DNA of 64,000 nt from Macrostomum lignano (lineage: Eukaryota): the NCBI GenBank assembly GCA_002269645.1, contig NIVC01000208.1:1-64000 (forward strand). Reading direction: 5' to 3'. The translations under genes were made by a program, and so were the position numbers. Positions 52,000 to 64,000 of this stretch are shown in pieces. The first letter of the stretch is position 1, and the number at the start of each line of letters is the position of its first letter. The notes beneath the pieces were generated by a model. The model was given only the letters and a program-made list of their open reading frames with translations, was not told the DNA's origin and made no database searches.

Positions 52000-52574
52000 A
52001 GCACTGCAGAGCTAGTAAGATTATTTTCGCTTTCAAATTCTTGTGATTCTAATTGTAGGACGATACAATTTTTGGAAATTCTTCAGCAGTGATTTGGCAA
52101 CCGGGTTGCGACCGGGTTTTTTATGAGCTGCTGTCGGATGGCAATTCCATTGGGACAGGGGAGAAAGTCTGTGAAAGGCGGGATCGCAGCCAATCGTAGA
52201 GAGCAGACTTCTTGGCTCTCATGCGCTTCATTTTAGTCGATAGTCTGGGGGCGGGCTTCTCTGCTTGAGTTCCTTTGTTTCGGAGCTTTCTCCTGAGATC
52301 AAAGACATTGCTGCCTGTATTTACTCAGAGTTTATATTTAAAAGATTTTTACTTTATCTTTGACAAAAATGCTTTAAAACTTCAAACAGTGTTCACACAT
52401 CCAATTAGTTTACTATCAGAGCTTTCTTGGTCTCCGTTCTGGGATTTAACTGCAAAGAAGGAAGAAATGTGTTTGGTAAAACAAGTTTTACTCGCTAAAA
52501 GCTTCGCACCGTCAAGTCACTCACTAGCATCTCAGCAACTCCGCAGTGAGCATTGGTATAATGTTTCTTTGATG

Positions 52575-53530
52575 TTTGACGTGACGCTTCTTTTACGTTT
52601 GACGTGACGCTTCTTTTACGCTTGACGTGACGCTTCTTTTATGTTTGACGTGACGCTTCTTTTATGTTCGACGTGACGCTTCTTTTATGTTGGACGTGAC
52701 GCTTCTTTTTTGTTTGACGTGACGCTTCTTTTATGTTGGACGTGACGCTTCTTTTATGTTCGACGTGACGCTTCTTTTATGTTGGACGTGACGCTTCTTT
52801 TACGTTTGACGTGACGCTTCTTTTACGCTTGACGTGACGCTTCTTTTATGTTTGACGTGACGCTTCTTTTATGTTCGACGTGACGCTTCTTTTGTTTGAC
52901 GTGACGCTTCTTTTATGTTGGACGTGACGCTTCTACGTTTCTTTTATGTTTGACATGACGCTTCTTTTATGTTCGACGTGACGCTTCTTTTATGTTCGAC
53001 GTGACGCTTCTTTTATGTTTGACATGACGCTTCTTTTATGTTCGACGTGACGCTTCTTTTATGTTCGACGTGACGCTTCTTTTATGTTTGACATGACGCT
53101 TCTTTTATGTTCGACGTGACGCTTCTTTTGTTTGACGTGACGCTTCTTTTATGTTGGACGTGACGCTTCTACGTTTCTTTTATGTTTGACATGACGCTTC
53201 TTTTATGTTCGACGTGACGCTTCTTTTATGTTCGACGTGACGCTTCTTTTATGTTTGACATGACGCTTCTTTTATGTTCGACGTGACGCTTCTTTTATGT
53301 TCGACGTGACGCTTCTTTTATGTTCGACGTGACGCTTCTTTTATGTTTGACATGACGCTTCTTTTATGTTCGACGTGACGCTTCTTTTATGTTCGACGTG
53401 ACGCTTCTTTTATGTTCGACGTGACGCTTCTTTTATGTTCGACGTGACGCTTCTACGTTTCTTTTATGTTTGACATGACGATTCTTTTATGTTCCGACGT
53501 GACGTTTCTACGCATCTTTTATGTTCGATG
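52575..53530. repeat. 23-bp (T/C)GACGTGACGCTTCTTTTATGTT array, about 40 units, upstream of family 2 copy 3
   Basis: Direct reading. Confidence 0.95.
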
Positions 53531-54091
53531 TGATGCTTCTTTTATGTTTTTTTCTTTCCTTGAGTTTTCGTCACATTATAAAAGCTTTAAATAGAAACAT
53601 TGCACTCAAAATTCGAGCCTTTGTCGCTGCATTAGCAGTTCAGCCTTGCCACATCTGGGCTAGCTCTCATCGAATCGATCTATTTATTGGCATTAGCATC
53701 TCAGCAACTGCCCCACGAGCCCTGGCATCTCCCTAATCCTAACTATAGCTCTTCCCTAGAGCCATAACTATAATTTTTGGGAATCCAGACAGAATTTTTT
53801 AAGATTTTCGCTTAAGATGATAAAATTCAACTTCGGTAGCAACAGCAAATTTGTTCGGACATTCTGCCTTGAGACGGAACGTCCTGGTTGCATAATTACC
53901 TGGTTTTATAATATCGATTGATATTAAGATATTAAAAATCAGCTTTAAGGGGTTTACAAAAGAAAAAAGAAAAATCTACAAATTTTCAATTCGTCTAATT
54001 TTTTAGTCAAAAACGTAAATTTTTTTCGCAATAATTTAAATTCGAACATTTTCAGTAAAGATTTAATATAGACCTAAGCATACTTACATAC

Positions 54092-55034
<943 letters not shown>

Positions 55035-55737
55035 CGAAACCTAGGTTTTCAGGCAGAAAAGCTGGATAAAACTGCGTGGGTGCCAACTGCAGTGCACCGA
55101 TCAGGTTCCACAAAGTAAATTTAGAGTGTGGAAATTGACAAACGTAGGGCTGCAGGTGGAGAATAGAAAAATTAATACTAGATATGCTTTTTCTAGGAAG
55201 TAAAATGGCTTGTCGAAATTTGAGAGAGCTCTGGAAGATTCGCAGGCTTATGACAGCAGTGTGATTTTACTGATTATATCTTCCTGATAGCAGTCAAACC
55301 ATAATGCAGAAAATTCAGCTTATCTGCCAGAATAAATAGACAGAGGAAAATACCCGGAAACCCAGAGTCTGCTACTTAAACTGACTATATGATGCACTTG
55401 ACTTGGTCTTTGGGTAACCCTGATTTGGCTGGTCGCCACTTGAATTGAATATGTCGAACTTGAAATAAGTTACGAGCGTATTTATGAGCTTCTTAAGTTG
55501 GCTATTTTGCTACTTTTTCTACTAGTCCGTTCGATGATTAAAGAATAAAAACATGGATTTCAACAAAAGTACGCATATAAAGTACTTTTTGTAGGTAAGG
55601 AATACCCGCCTCTCCTGCATTACCTAGAAATGTGACACCGTAAATATAAGCAGATAACCTACCAATATTAAATCAAACATCAAATCGATGAACCTAATAT
55701 CAAAGATTTTTCCTTTTAAAGCATCGCGGAGAACATA

Positions 55738-55811
55738 CTGACGCAGTCCAGGCGTCTCCACAGCGCCAAATACTGAGCGGCAGTGGCCAGATAGCAGGTG
55801 CCGTCTGGCTT
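55738..55811 (-). pseudogene. Family 1 fragment D2 (duplicate of D1)
   Basis: Same PAN exon 3' fragment inside the duplicated block. Confidence 0.75.
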
Positions 55812-55941
55812 TAGAGCAAATCAGGCATTATGATTCAGTGAATTTGTTTTTGCAATCTCATGTCCTAACGTTTCAGCCTAATGCTGGTATATTGTTAACC
55901 TCTCTAGAATAATGTTCGATACTGTGCTGTTGCCTAGCCTA

Positions 55942-56293
55942 GGGGTTATAGCTTAGCGGTTAGAGCGTCGGAATCACGACTTTAAGGTCGCGGGTTCGAT
56001 TCCTGATTTCACTGGGACAATCTGTGTCCTTGAGAAAGACACTTAACTCTGCATTGCTTCAGTTCACCCAGCTGTAAAATGGGTGCCAGCATTAGCTGGG
56101 GTACGCTCGTAATTGAGGCTGTGTGGGGCGACCCCCCAGTCCTTGGACTGAACAGCCGTGGGGCGACCCCCCAGACCTTGGACTGAACAGCCGTACGCAG
56201 CCTTCAGATGCGCCGCGCAATAGCTGCTGCTGAGCTGTCGGTTGCACATCTGGCCCAATCGGGGCAGTTGTAATCAATTATTATTAATTATTA
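55942..56293 (+). mobile_element. tRNA-derived SINE with CORE-like central domain (family 1)
   Basis: A-box TAGCTTAGCGGTTAGAGC; B-box GGTTCGATTCC; CTGTGTCCTTGAGAAAGACACTTAAC..CTGTAAAATGGG resembles the MIR/CORE consensus; (ATT)n-type tail. Confidence 0.8.
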
Positions 56294-57164
56294 CTCGTGT
56301 TATACTCGTATTGATAATGATGACAATAGTAATGAATTGATAATGTGTACATCACCCCCCTGCCCCGCGTTGTCGTTGAACCCCCCCCCCTTTCTTTTGA
56401 TTGGCTGAGGTTGTTACATATTGTATTTTTGACCCTCTGGCGTGTCGCGATTGGCTTGGGGTGGATTGTTTGCGCTAATGCTGTCTGGCGTGGGACCCTA
56501 GGGCTTAAGCCAGGCAGCCTAAATACAATGAGAATCGCTAGCGGGGAGCAGGTCTTGCAACTTAAACTAGGCCATCAATAGAATACCTTCTACCGAAACT
56601 ATCCACTAGCTAATCACGCCACCTGCTCTCCGCTGAGTCGTGCATACACTGAATTGATCATCGCCAGAAGTTCGCGTGTTTGAGTTACTACTTTCGAAAC
56701 TATACTGGGCTTGGGAGCAGTACTTGGGAAGTTTAGGGACGAACTGTCGACGCTTCTTGACGCGACCTCCGCTCAGGATCGAAGCTCAGTCCGGCCAGCG
56801 GATTGAAGCGAACCCGCGCTCGCCGTTGGGGAGCTCCTTTAGTTTGTTCAGACGGCCTGTCACAACCAAAATATTTCATGTATAATTTTGTTTTAATTTT
56901 CATTCACGATAACTACAGCTTGCCTACTGCAGACGAGTAGTATGTGTAGTGAAAAACAAAATGTCTCCGTACGACACAAAAACAGGATTAGTAGAACAAA
57001 GTTACACATTTGACTTCACTGTTAGCATAAAAACTGGTGTCCTAATCTTGTAATCTCGTACGACTGCACATTTTCAAATCAGTTCTTGTCACGTTTCTTG
57101 CAATCGAAGAATTTGAAACCAAGTTTCGAGCAAGTGGGAAAAAAGTGGACTCAAACTCTTGGCG

Positions 57165-58475
57165 ATGAAGCCATCGTTGCGAATCTGCTGCCTGCTCAGC
57201 CTGCTGTCCGTCGTGTCCGGCGTCTGCGTCCGCTTCCGCGTCGTCTCCGGTTGCGCTGGAAACGTGACCGACATGTCTCGGAGTTCGAGATTCTCGCGCC
57301 TGTTCGGTGGAGTGCGCAGTGCGACCCAACTGCACCGCCGGCTTCAAGCCAGACGGCACTTGCTATCTGGCCACTGCCGCTCAGTATGAGGCGCTGTGGA
57401 GACCGCTGGACTGCGTCAGCGATGCCTTCTCGGTGCTCATTTTTTTAATCTTTATGGTGAACTTTTTTCATAAAGAAACGCAACTAATAACAGTTCATCC
57501 GATTGTCTGTTTAGGTAGTGGATAGTGGATCAGGTACCTGACACTGCCACAACACCTGACACTGCCACAACACCTGACACTGCCACAACACCTGACACTG
57601 CCACAACACCTGACACTGCCACAACACCTGACACTGCCACAACACCTGACACTGCCACAACACCTGACACTGCCACAGCAACTGACACTGCCACAGCAAC
57701 TGACACTGTCACAGCAACTGACACTGTCACAGCAACTGACACTGCCACAGCAACTGACACTGCCACAGCAACTGACACTGCCACAGCAACTGACAATGTA
57801 ACAGCAACTGACTACTGTCACAGCAACTGACTACTGTCACAGCAACTGACTACTGTCACAGCAACTGTCACTGCCACAGCAACTGACACTGTCACAGCAA
57901 CTGACACTGCCACAGCAACTGACTACTGTCACAGCAACTGACACTGCCACAGCAACTGACAATGTAACAGCAACTGACTACTGTCACAGCAACTGACTAC
58001 TGTCACAGCAACTGTCACTGCCACAGCAACTGACACTGCCACAGCAACTGACACTGTAACAGCAACTGACTACTGTCACAGCAACTGACACTGCCACAGC
58101 AACTGACACTGCCACAACACCTGACATTGCCACAACACCTGCCACTGCCACAACACCTGCCACTGCCACAACAACTGACACTGCCACAACGCTTGACACT
58201 GCCACAACACCTAACACTGCCACAACAACTGACTACTGTCACAGCAGCTGACTACTGCTACGACAAAAGCGAGTGTAGCCGAGTACGCCGCCACTAGTCA
58301 GCTTCTTTGCTCTGTTTGTGCACCACTGGCGTCGTGGGGGATTGAAGCAGTGACGAATCAAATCTGGAGTGCCATAAGGGAGCACATGTGCAAATGCGAT
58401 GTCCCACGGGTACAAGCTGGTCGGCTGGAACCTGCCCTGTGACTTGTAGCGTGATTTTGAAGAGGGTGGCTGCAT
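57165..58475 (+). pseudogene. Family 1 copy G: complete but multiply disabled copy, inverted orientation, with a roughly 700-bp 18-bp stalk array
   Basis: About 8-bp deletion in the PAN exon, lost donor, 7-bp duplication at the start of exon 2, frame-breaking 19-bp units, and Cys6 domain CTTGVVGD*SSDESNLECHKGAHVQMRCPTGTSWSAGTCP with a Cys>stop. Confidence 0.85.
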
Positions 58476-59459
58476 GAATTTATTATTTGTTCACTCACAT
58501 GCTGTAGGCTTTTATCATCAAGGACAATGAAGACGTACCCTCAGCAACTAGTGGACAACGGCTTGTGACCACCTCACCTTGTGACCCGTTATGAGAATCA
58601 ATAACTTGGTTGCTGGGCGCCAAGATCTGCCCCCCCGAATGAGTGCCTGCCTGAGGAGTATAAATGTGGGCTAACACACCGATTCCCAAAAAAATCTTGA
58701 AAATTACCCACGTAGAATTCTTGGCTTTGTCCTGCCCATCATAAAATCCAATGCAAAGCTCCTGAGTCGAAGGACACTCGACTTTCTTAGAAATGAGCTG
58801 TAGACCGTTAAGGAAAGTTATAATGAGCTAGTAAATCGTCCGTCTAAATCGGTTTTCTAATATTTGAGACCGCTAATTATTAGTTATGCTTCAGTGACAT
58901 GTTTCGACAAGTATTAATCTTTTAGGACGAATTCTCATTCTAAGCATACCAAATAAAAATTTCACGTGTATAATGAAGTCCACTTGGTCAAATCAAGTTA
59001 TCAGCATTATTAGTTCTTATTTCCCACGTATCTCAAATATCAAGCAGTTTGTTTCGTTTCACTTAGTACGCGTACGTTGAAATGGTCTGCTTAAAATACA
59101 CGATACTAATCGGCCCCCAGCTTGTGTCTAAGAAAGTCGAGTGTTGCATCTTTCTACTCAAGTTGTTCGACCGAGCTCACACAAAGAGGAATCTTGAGAA
59201 AGAAGCACAGTGAAAGTTCTTGTTGTCAGGCAACAGAAACAACATAGCGAAGATTTTCTGGAGGCTTTTTCTTCTGAATCATGAGCTTTAGGTACACCCA
59301 GAAATGCATCGAGGGCCATCATCGAGCGAGTCAATTCAAAGCCAGTCAATTCACAAACCATGACGCTTTGATTTCTTGTGATTCCAGTCTTTGAAACCGA
59401 TTTCTGCAACTTTGTTTGCTTAAAACCCAATTAAAATAAAGACTTGGAAACTGACCGAG

Positions 59460-59867
59460 TTTTTTTCACTTTTGCTGAACGTGCGCCTTGGTGGAAATAG
59501 CAATGATAGTACTTGCAAGTGGCTGCTGGCATTCTGGAGCAACGTCCTCGGTGGCATCGTCCCACAACCAGCTCTGACGGCAAATTTACCCATTCCGCTG
59601 ACTCCTGAGAACAAACATGAGCCCCAATACTGTTCAAAGGCACTCACTCTTGCACACGCTCACACAGGGTGTACAGCGGTCCTGACTTTCTAATCGTCAG
59701 ACATGTACACTTTCTGTGCCATGGCGGCTTGTCCGTCGTAGGTGTGGATAGCATGACAATCTTCCGGCCAAATTTCGTGCACACAAGTCCCAAATGAGAG
59801 TGACCGCCGCTCACGGAATCGAACCAGGGGTCGCGGTTTAAGTGTCAGGTTTAACTGCTCTGCCCCC
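59460..59867 (-). mobile_element. Diverged tRNA-SINE (family 2)
   Basis: GGTTCGATTCC B-box; body homologous to 49291-49649. Confidence 0.7.
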
Positions 59868-60199
59868 ATGCTGATTGCCTGAAATCTTGGGGGAAAAAGC
59901 AATGACTAGAAGTCCCAGAAACATCCAGCGACACTATCGGTATTTTGATACGGTTTGGATCGTAACCTGTTTTGTTAACAAATTCCTTAAAAATCAATTT
60001 CAATTTTATTATTGCAAACTCAACTTTACACAGGTCCCTTTCATTATGGTCAATAGACATTGCTAATCTTCCTCGTAGGCCTGTGCATGTAAAACTGCGC
60101 ATGCATATTCTGTTAAAAAGCGTTTAAAAGGTATAATAAATATAAGGTTACCGAGACTTCAGTCATTTCCATGCATCAAATTCTACTGAGACTTTATTC

Positions 60200-61030
60200 T
60201 CAAAGCGTTCGAGAAGTGTCAGCTGTTGTTGGAGCAGTGTCAGCTGTTGTTGGAGCAGTGTCAGCTGTTGTTGGAGCAGTGTCAGCTGTTGTTGGAGCAG
60301 TGTCAGCTGTTGTTGGAGCAGTGTCAGCTGTTGTTGGAGCAGTGTCAGCTGTTGTTAGAGCAGTGGTTGAGGCTGGAGCAGTGGTTGAGGCTGGAGCAGT
60401 GGTTGAGGCTGGAGCAGTGGCTGAGGCTGGAGCAGTGGATGAGGCTGGAGCAGTGGATGAGGCTGGAGCAGTGGTTAAGGCTGGAGCAGTGGTTGAGGCT
60501 GGAGCAGTGGTTGAAGCTGGAGCAGTGTCAGTCTCGAAACTTTTTTCCTCAGTAATGTTGGATAGAAGCCGATCCTCAACGACCTAAAAATGAGTGAAAT
60601 TGGCTGAAACATTTCCGACATCTCAACTTGTTTTATAGAGATTGTTTTATTTGCAGGGAGAATATTTTGCATTACCCCAGCACGCACTTTTGCTTTTTTG
60701 CTGCAAAAATTATCCAAAAACAATTGAATCACAAGGCAAGAGATACCGACTGACCTCGCTGATGCAGTCCAGGGGTCTCCACAGCGCCTCATACTGAGCG
60801 GCAGTGGCCAGATAGCAGGTGCCGTCTCGCTTGAACACGGCGGTGCAGTTGGGTCGCACTGCGCACTCCACAGAGCAGACGCGAGGGTCTCGAACTCCGT
60901 TAACCTGAAACAGGTCGGTCACGTTTCCGGCGCAACCGCAGACGATGCGGAAGCGGACGCAGACGCCGGACACGACGGACAGCAGGCTGAGCAGGCAGCA
61001 GGCCCGAACAAGCATACCGTAACGATTCAT
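60200..61030 (-). CDS. Family 1 copy H: secreted PAN + long Thr/Ala/Pro mucin-like tail, no Cys6 domain, about 219 aa
   Basis: Exon 1 61030-60755, 171-bp intron, exon 2 60583-60200 open: (TAPAST)x9, (TAPTTAD)x7, then TSRTL* followed directly by AATAAA. Confidence 0.75.
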
Positions 61031-61829
61031 GTATGTGTAAGATTATTTTTCTTTAACTAGATCTAGTGCATTAGTTAATCGGGATAAACTGCATGTCGAA
61101 TTTTACAGATTAAATGAGCGACTTTCGGCCGATGGTAGTAGCGAGAATTTAAAGCTTGCTGCAACGTTCAGGTTGAGCGAAACTTGTTTGCAGCGTTGTC
61201 AGGCATTCCTCTCTAAGCTTCGAAATGTATTTTTGGTCACGGATGCTGCTATGTGCCTGTGCAGCATTGTCACAACTGTCACACTATTGGAGTTGGAGGA
61301 TTGGAGCGCATCATTTTCTGCTTGCTTAGAGAGGCGTGACCAGTGGCGCATGTCAATCCTGCAAACATACATCGGGTTTCCATTGTTTCCACTTGTTTCC
61401 ACCAGTAGAAATTTCATTTTTGGCGAAATCTCAGAGTTACATAAACTTTCTTTTTGTGATGATTCCTCATTTGCTTTGCAAAACCATTGACAAAAAGCTG
61501 CTAGAAGAAAATTTCTATCGTATGACGTGTGACGTTGTTATCCGTTGATGTAATGTAAGAGTACATATTTTTCATCGACGTCAATGTCGTCAGGTTGCTG
61601 TACGGAAAAGTGGATGACATGATTTTGTTTTACCAAGATTGGGCTACATTTAGGGAGCTCAAAAAACTAACATGACATTTCGACCTGTCGAATATTTGAT
61701 ACAACTCGCTTTAGTAAGCTTGTTTTAAAGGCAAAGTCTGAATTACCTTTCGGAAGAAAATAATTCATAATACGTTTTTCCGTTCAATAACGTTAAGTAT
61801 CAAAAAATTGCTTAACTACTTGTACTGGC

Positions 61830-62084
61830 ATGAAGCCATCGTCGCAGGCCAGCGTCTCCTACCGACTCTGCGTCGGCTCCGGTTGCCCCGGAAACGTGAC
61901 CGGCCTGTCGCAGGTCAACGGGGTTCGAGACCCTCGCGCCTGCTCGGTGGAGTGCGCAGTGCGACCCAACTGCACCGCCGTGTTCAAGCGAGACGGCACT
62001 TGCTATCTGGCCACGGCCGCTCAGTATGAGTACTTTGTGGATAACAAAAACGTCAGAAACAGCCACTACTCGAGCATCATCTAA
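61830..62084 (+). pseudogene. Family 1 copy I: single-exon PAN-only ORF lacking the signal-peptide core (pseudogene or intracellular variant)
   Basis: MKPSSQASVSYRLCVGSGCPGN is 11 residues shorter than copy G before the first PAN Cys; homology ends at AAQYE. Confidence 0.6.
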
Positions 62085-64000
62085 TAAGTGAGTTTAATCC
62101 GAACAAGCAATGCTTATCTTCCGTGCTCTGAAAGCCGTGCCTCCCTGGTAGCATGGATGTATGATTTTTGGCTTTATGCTTTCAGTTCCGGAGATTTCAG
62201 TTTCGGAGAGTCGTGCTCTGTAGATTTCATTTCAGCAGAAATGCATACACAAGTCAGCTTCAAAAGTACATGCATCTGATATCAGATAGGGTCAAATTGG
62301 TCCCAGCTAGAGCGTCCTTAGATCCGTGCATGTACTTTCAACCAAATATCGCCCCGTTATGTCACTAAGATCCAAGTAAATCTCTCGATGTAGCCTGGGA
62401 CATCTTCAAACAGCATGGTGAATAGCATTTAGCTCATATTTCTCACTGTGGATCCCCGACAACAGAAACAGAAGAAGCAGAAGAGGAAATAGGAAAACAA
62501 AGAAAAGAAGACAGAGAACCGGGCCGGATTGCTATTGTGAAATTTCAAAGAGCCGAGGGCCGGATATAGAGAAGCTTTGCAGCCCGGAGTTGGCCGACCT
62601 TGCATTAGTAAGATAGAAAGTTTTCAGTTTTTAGTTTTAAACTAGCAATCTGCTTGGGAGGCAACAAAGAAAAGAATAAAATTTCTTGAATAGGCTGCGT
62701 GTCAGGTTCGAGTTAAGCGCTGCAAAGTCTGCATGCTTTTGGCAGTAGTGTTATTTTATTTCACAAAAGCGACGCTCTGCAGAAATGTTTACCAATGCAG
62801 AAAAGACGAACTATATATCTTCTTGGTAGTAATCAAACCAGCTATGAAGTGCTCTATGAAGTAAATCGCTTTGCCAACGAAAAAATCTCTCTGATCGATG
62901 GCCGCTTTTTATTAGAAGCAGGGTGCTTGCATTTTCCCATTCCGCCGACTCCCCTGCGCAGGCAGACAAGCGCGTGGAATTGTACCTAGTCATATGAACA
63001 GACACACACACAAGTGTGCAGAAGTAGAATTATCGCTGCTTGTCACGATTGGGTTGTCACCATATTGACATCCGATTGATTTATTGTATTGTTTTATGCT
63101 ATTGTTCAACATTGTGAATAGCTTTCTTGCACGCATTCAAGCTTTGTAGAAAAACATTCAACATGACAGTTTGCGTGGATGCTGCTGAAAACTCCCACTG
63201 GGATTCAATCCTTCAAACTGCAGCGAACTGAAACAATAGGCTGAAAAATCAGAACGCCTGAAGCCTCAGCTGAAATTTGGCAATCGGGAACTACAACAGC
63301 TAGTGAAGCAAAGCTGCTGCCGTGCCAAGTGTTGAAACATTTTAACCACTTTTTTTCACTGAAAGCTTCCTGCATCAATGAAGTTCCCTGTTCACGCGAA
63401 AATATTTTGTTGGCCTCCATAAGAGTTTTTTTAATTTTCCAACAAAAATTCCCAAAGAATTCTGTTCCGCATAAAAGCTGTGTCAGGTTGGTCGGTAATT
63501 TTTCCCTTTTCACTCCTTCGAGCAACATTTTGACGTAATTGACGTCCGCCGGCTCGTCGCTGGCAAATGGGTATTTTTACAAATGCCGACAGATAACGAC
63601 GTTATACAGCGGCTCAAGGTTCAGCGAAATGCAGAAGTTCTCATTTACCAGCAACTTTGTTTAGCCGTCAAAAATGTTGGTCGAATTCGCCAACATTGAA
63701 TTGGGTTGCCATATTTTTGAACAATGCGATATAACGACACCAACTCGACTTCCCATGGCTACGTCGAGCATATATTTAATATTTCTGACCGTTTTAAACA
63801 ATCTATCCAGTCATGAAATTGATTCGACGGTGACTGTATATTAAATTCTCCCAATGCAACTGACCCAATGGAAAACGGATAACAAAAGTCTAATCAACCG
63901 AACATAGAACCTTATTGTCTGCGACGAAAGTCAAGGGCATGTGCCAGCGGACCAGCTTGTACCGGGAGAGCACTGCCTCTGAATGTACTTAAAGTTGGAG

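Noticed and set aside
55942-56015. Functional tRNA gene
   Set aside because: No proper acceptor stem; continues into a SINE body with a second genomic copy.
56344-56864. Possible solo LTR (TG...CA)
   Set aside because: No TSD, poly(A) signal, PBS or PPT found.
63205-63700. 107-aa minus-strand ORF and upstream broken frame
   Set aside because: No identifiable domain or splice structure; cannot be supported from the sequence alone.

Overview
This is animal (metazoan) genomic DNA. GC-rich exons, minisatellite-packed introns and an HR96-type nuclear receptor would fit a free-living flatworm such as Macrostomum, but the taxon is inference only. (1) 1-9.4 kb is a nest of decayed DNA transposons: a mariner, a hAT bounded by an 8-bp TSD, a hAT-type MITE and foldback elements. 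They carry a strong C>T/G>A hypermutation signature, including apparent non-CpG sites. (2) 12.6-20.9 kb holds a five-coding-exon HR96/DAF-12 (NR1J)-like nuclear receptor of about 537 aa, and each of its introns contains a different tandem array. (3) 23.6-62.1 kb is a birth-and-death cluster of two interleaved families of small secreted proteins, both starting with a PAN/apple-like domain. Family 1 is signal peptide + PAN + Ser/Thr-rich stalk + six-Cys chitin-binding-type-2-like domain (10 copies or fragments, 3-4 intact). Family 2 is signal peptide + PAN + ALK/LTK-type glycine-rich domain with no TM or kinase (3 full copies plus one orphan exon). The cluster shows segmental duplication, a chimeric paralog, independent stalk-repeat expansions, copy-specific promoter repeat expansions and two tRNA-derived SINE families. 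Most six-frame ORFs are repeat artefacts. All domain calls are by-eye motif recognition, not database hits.
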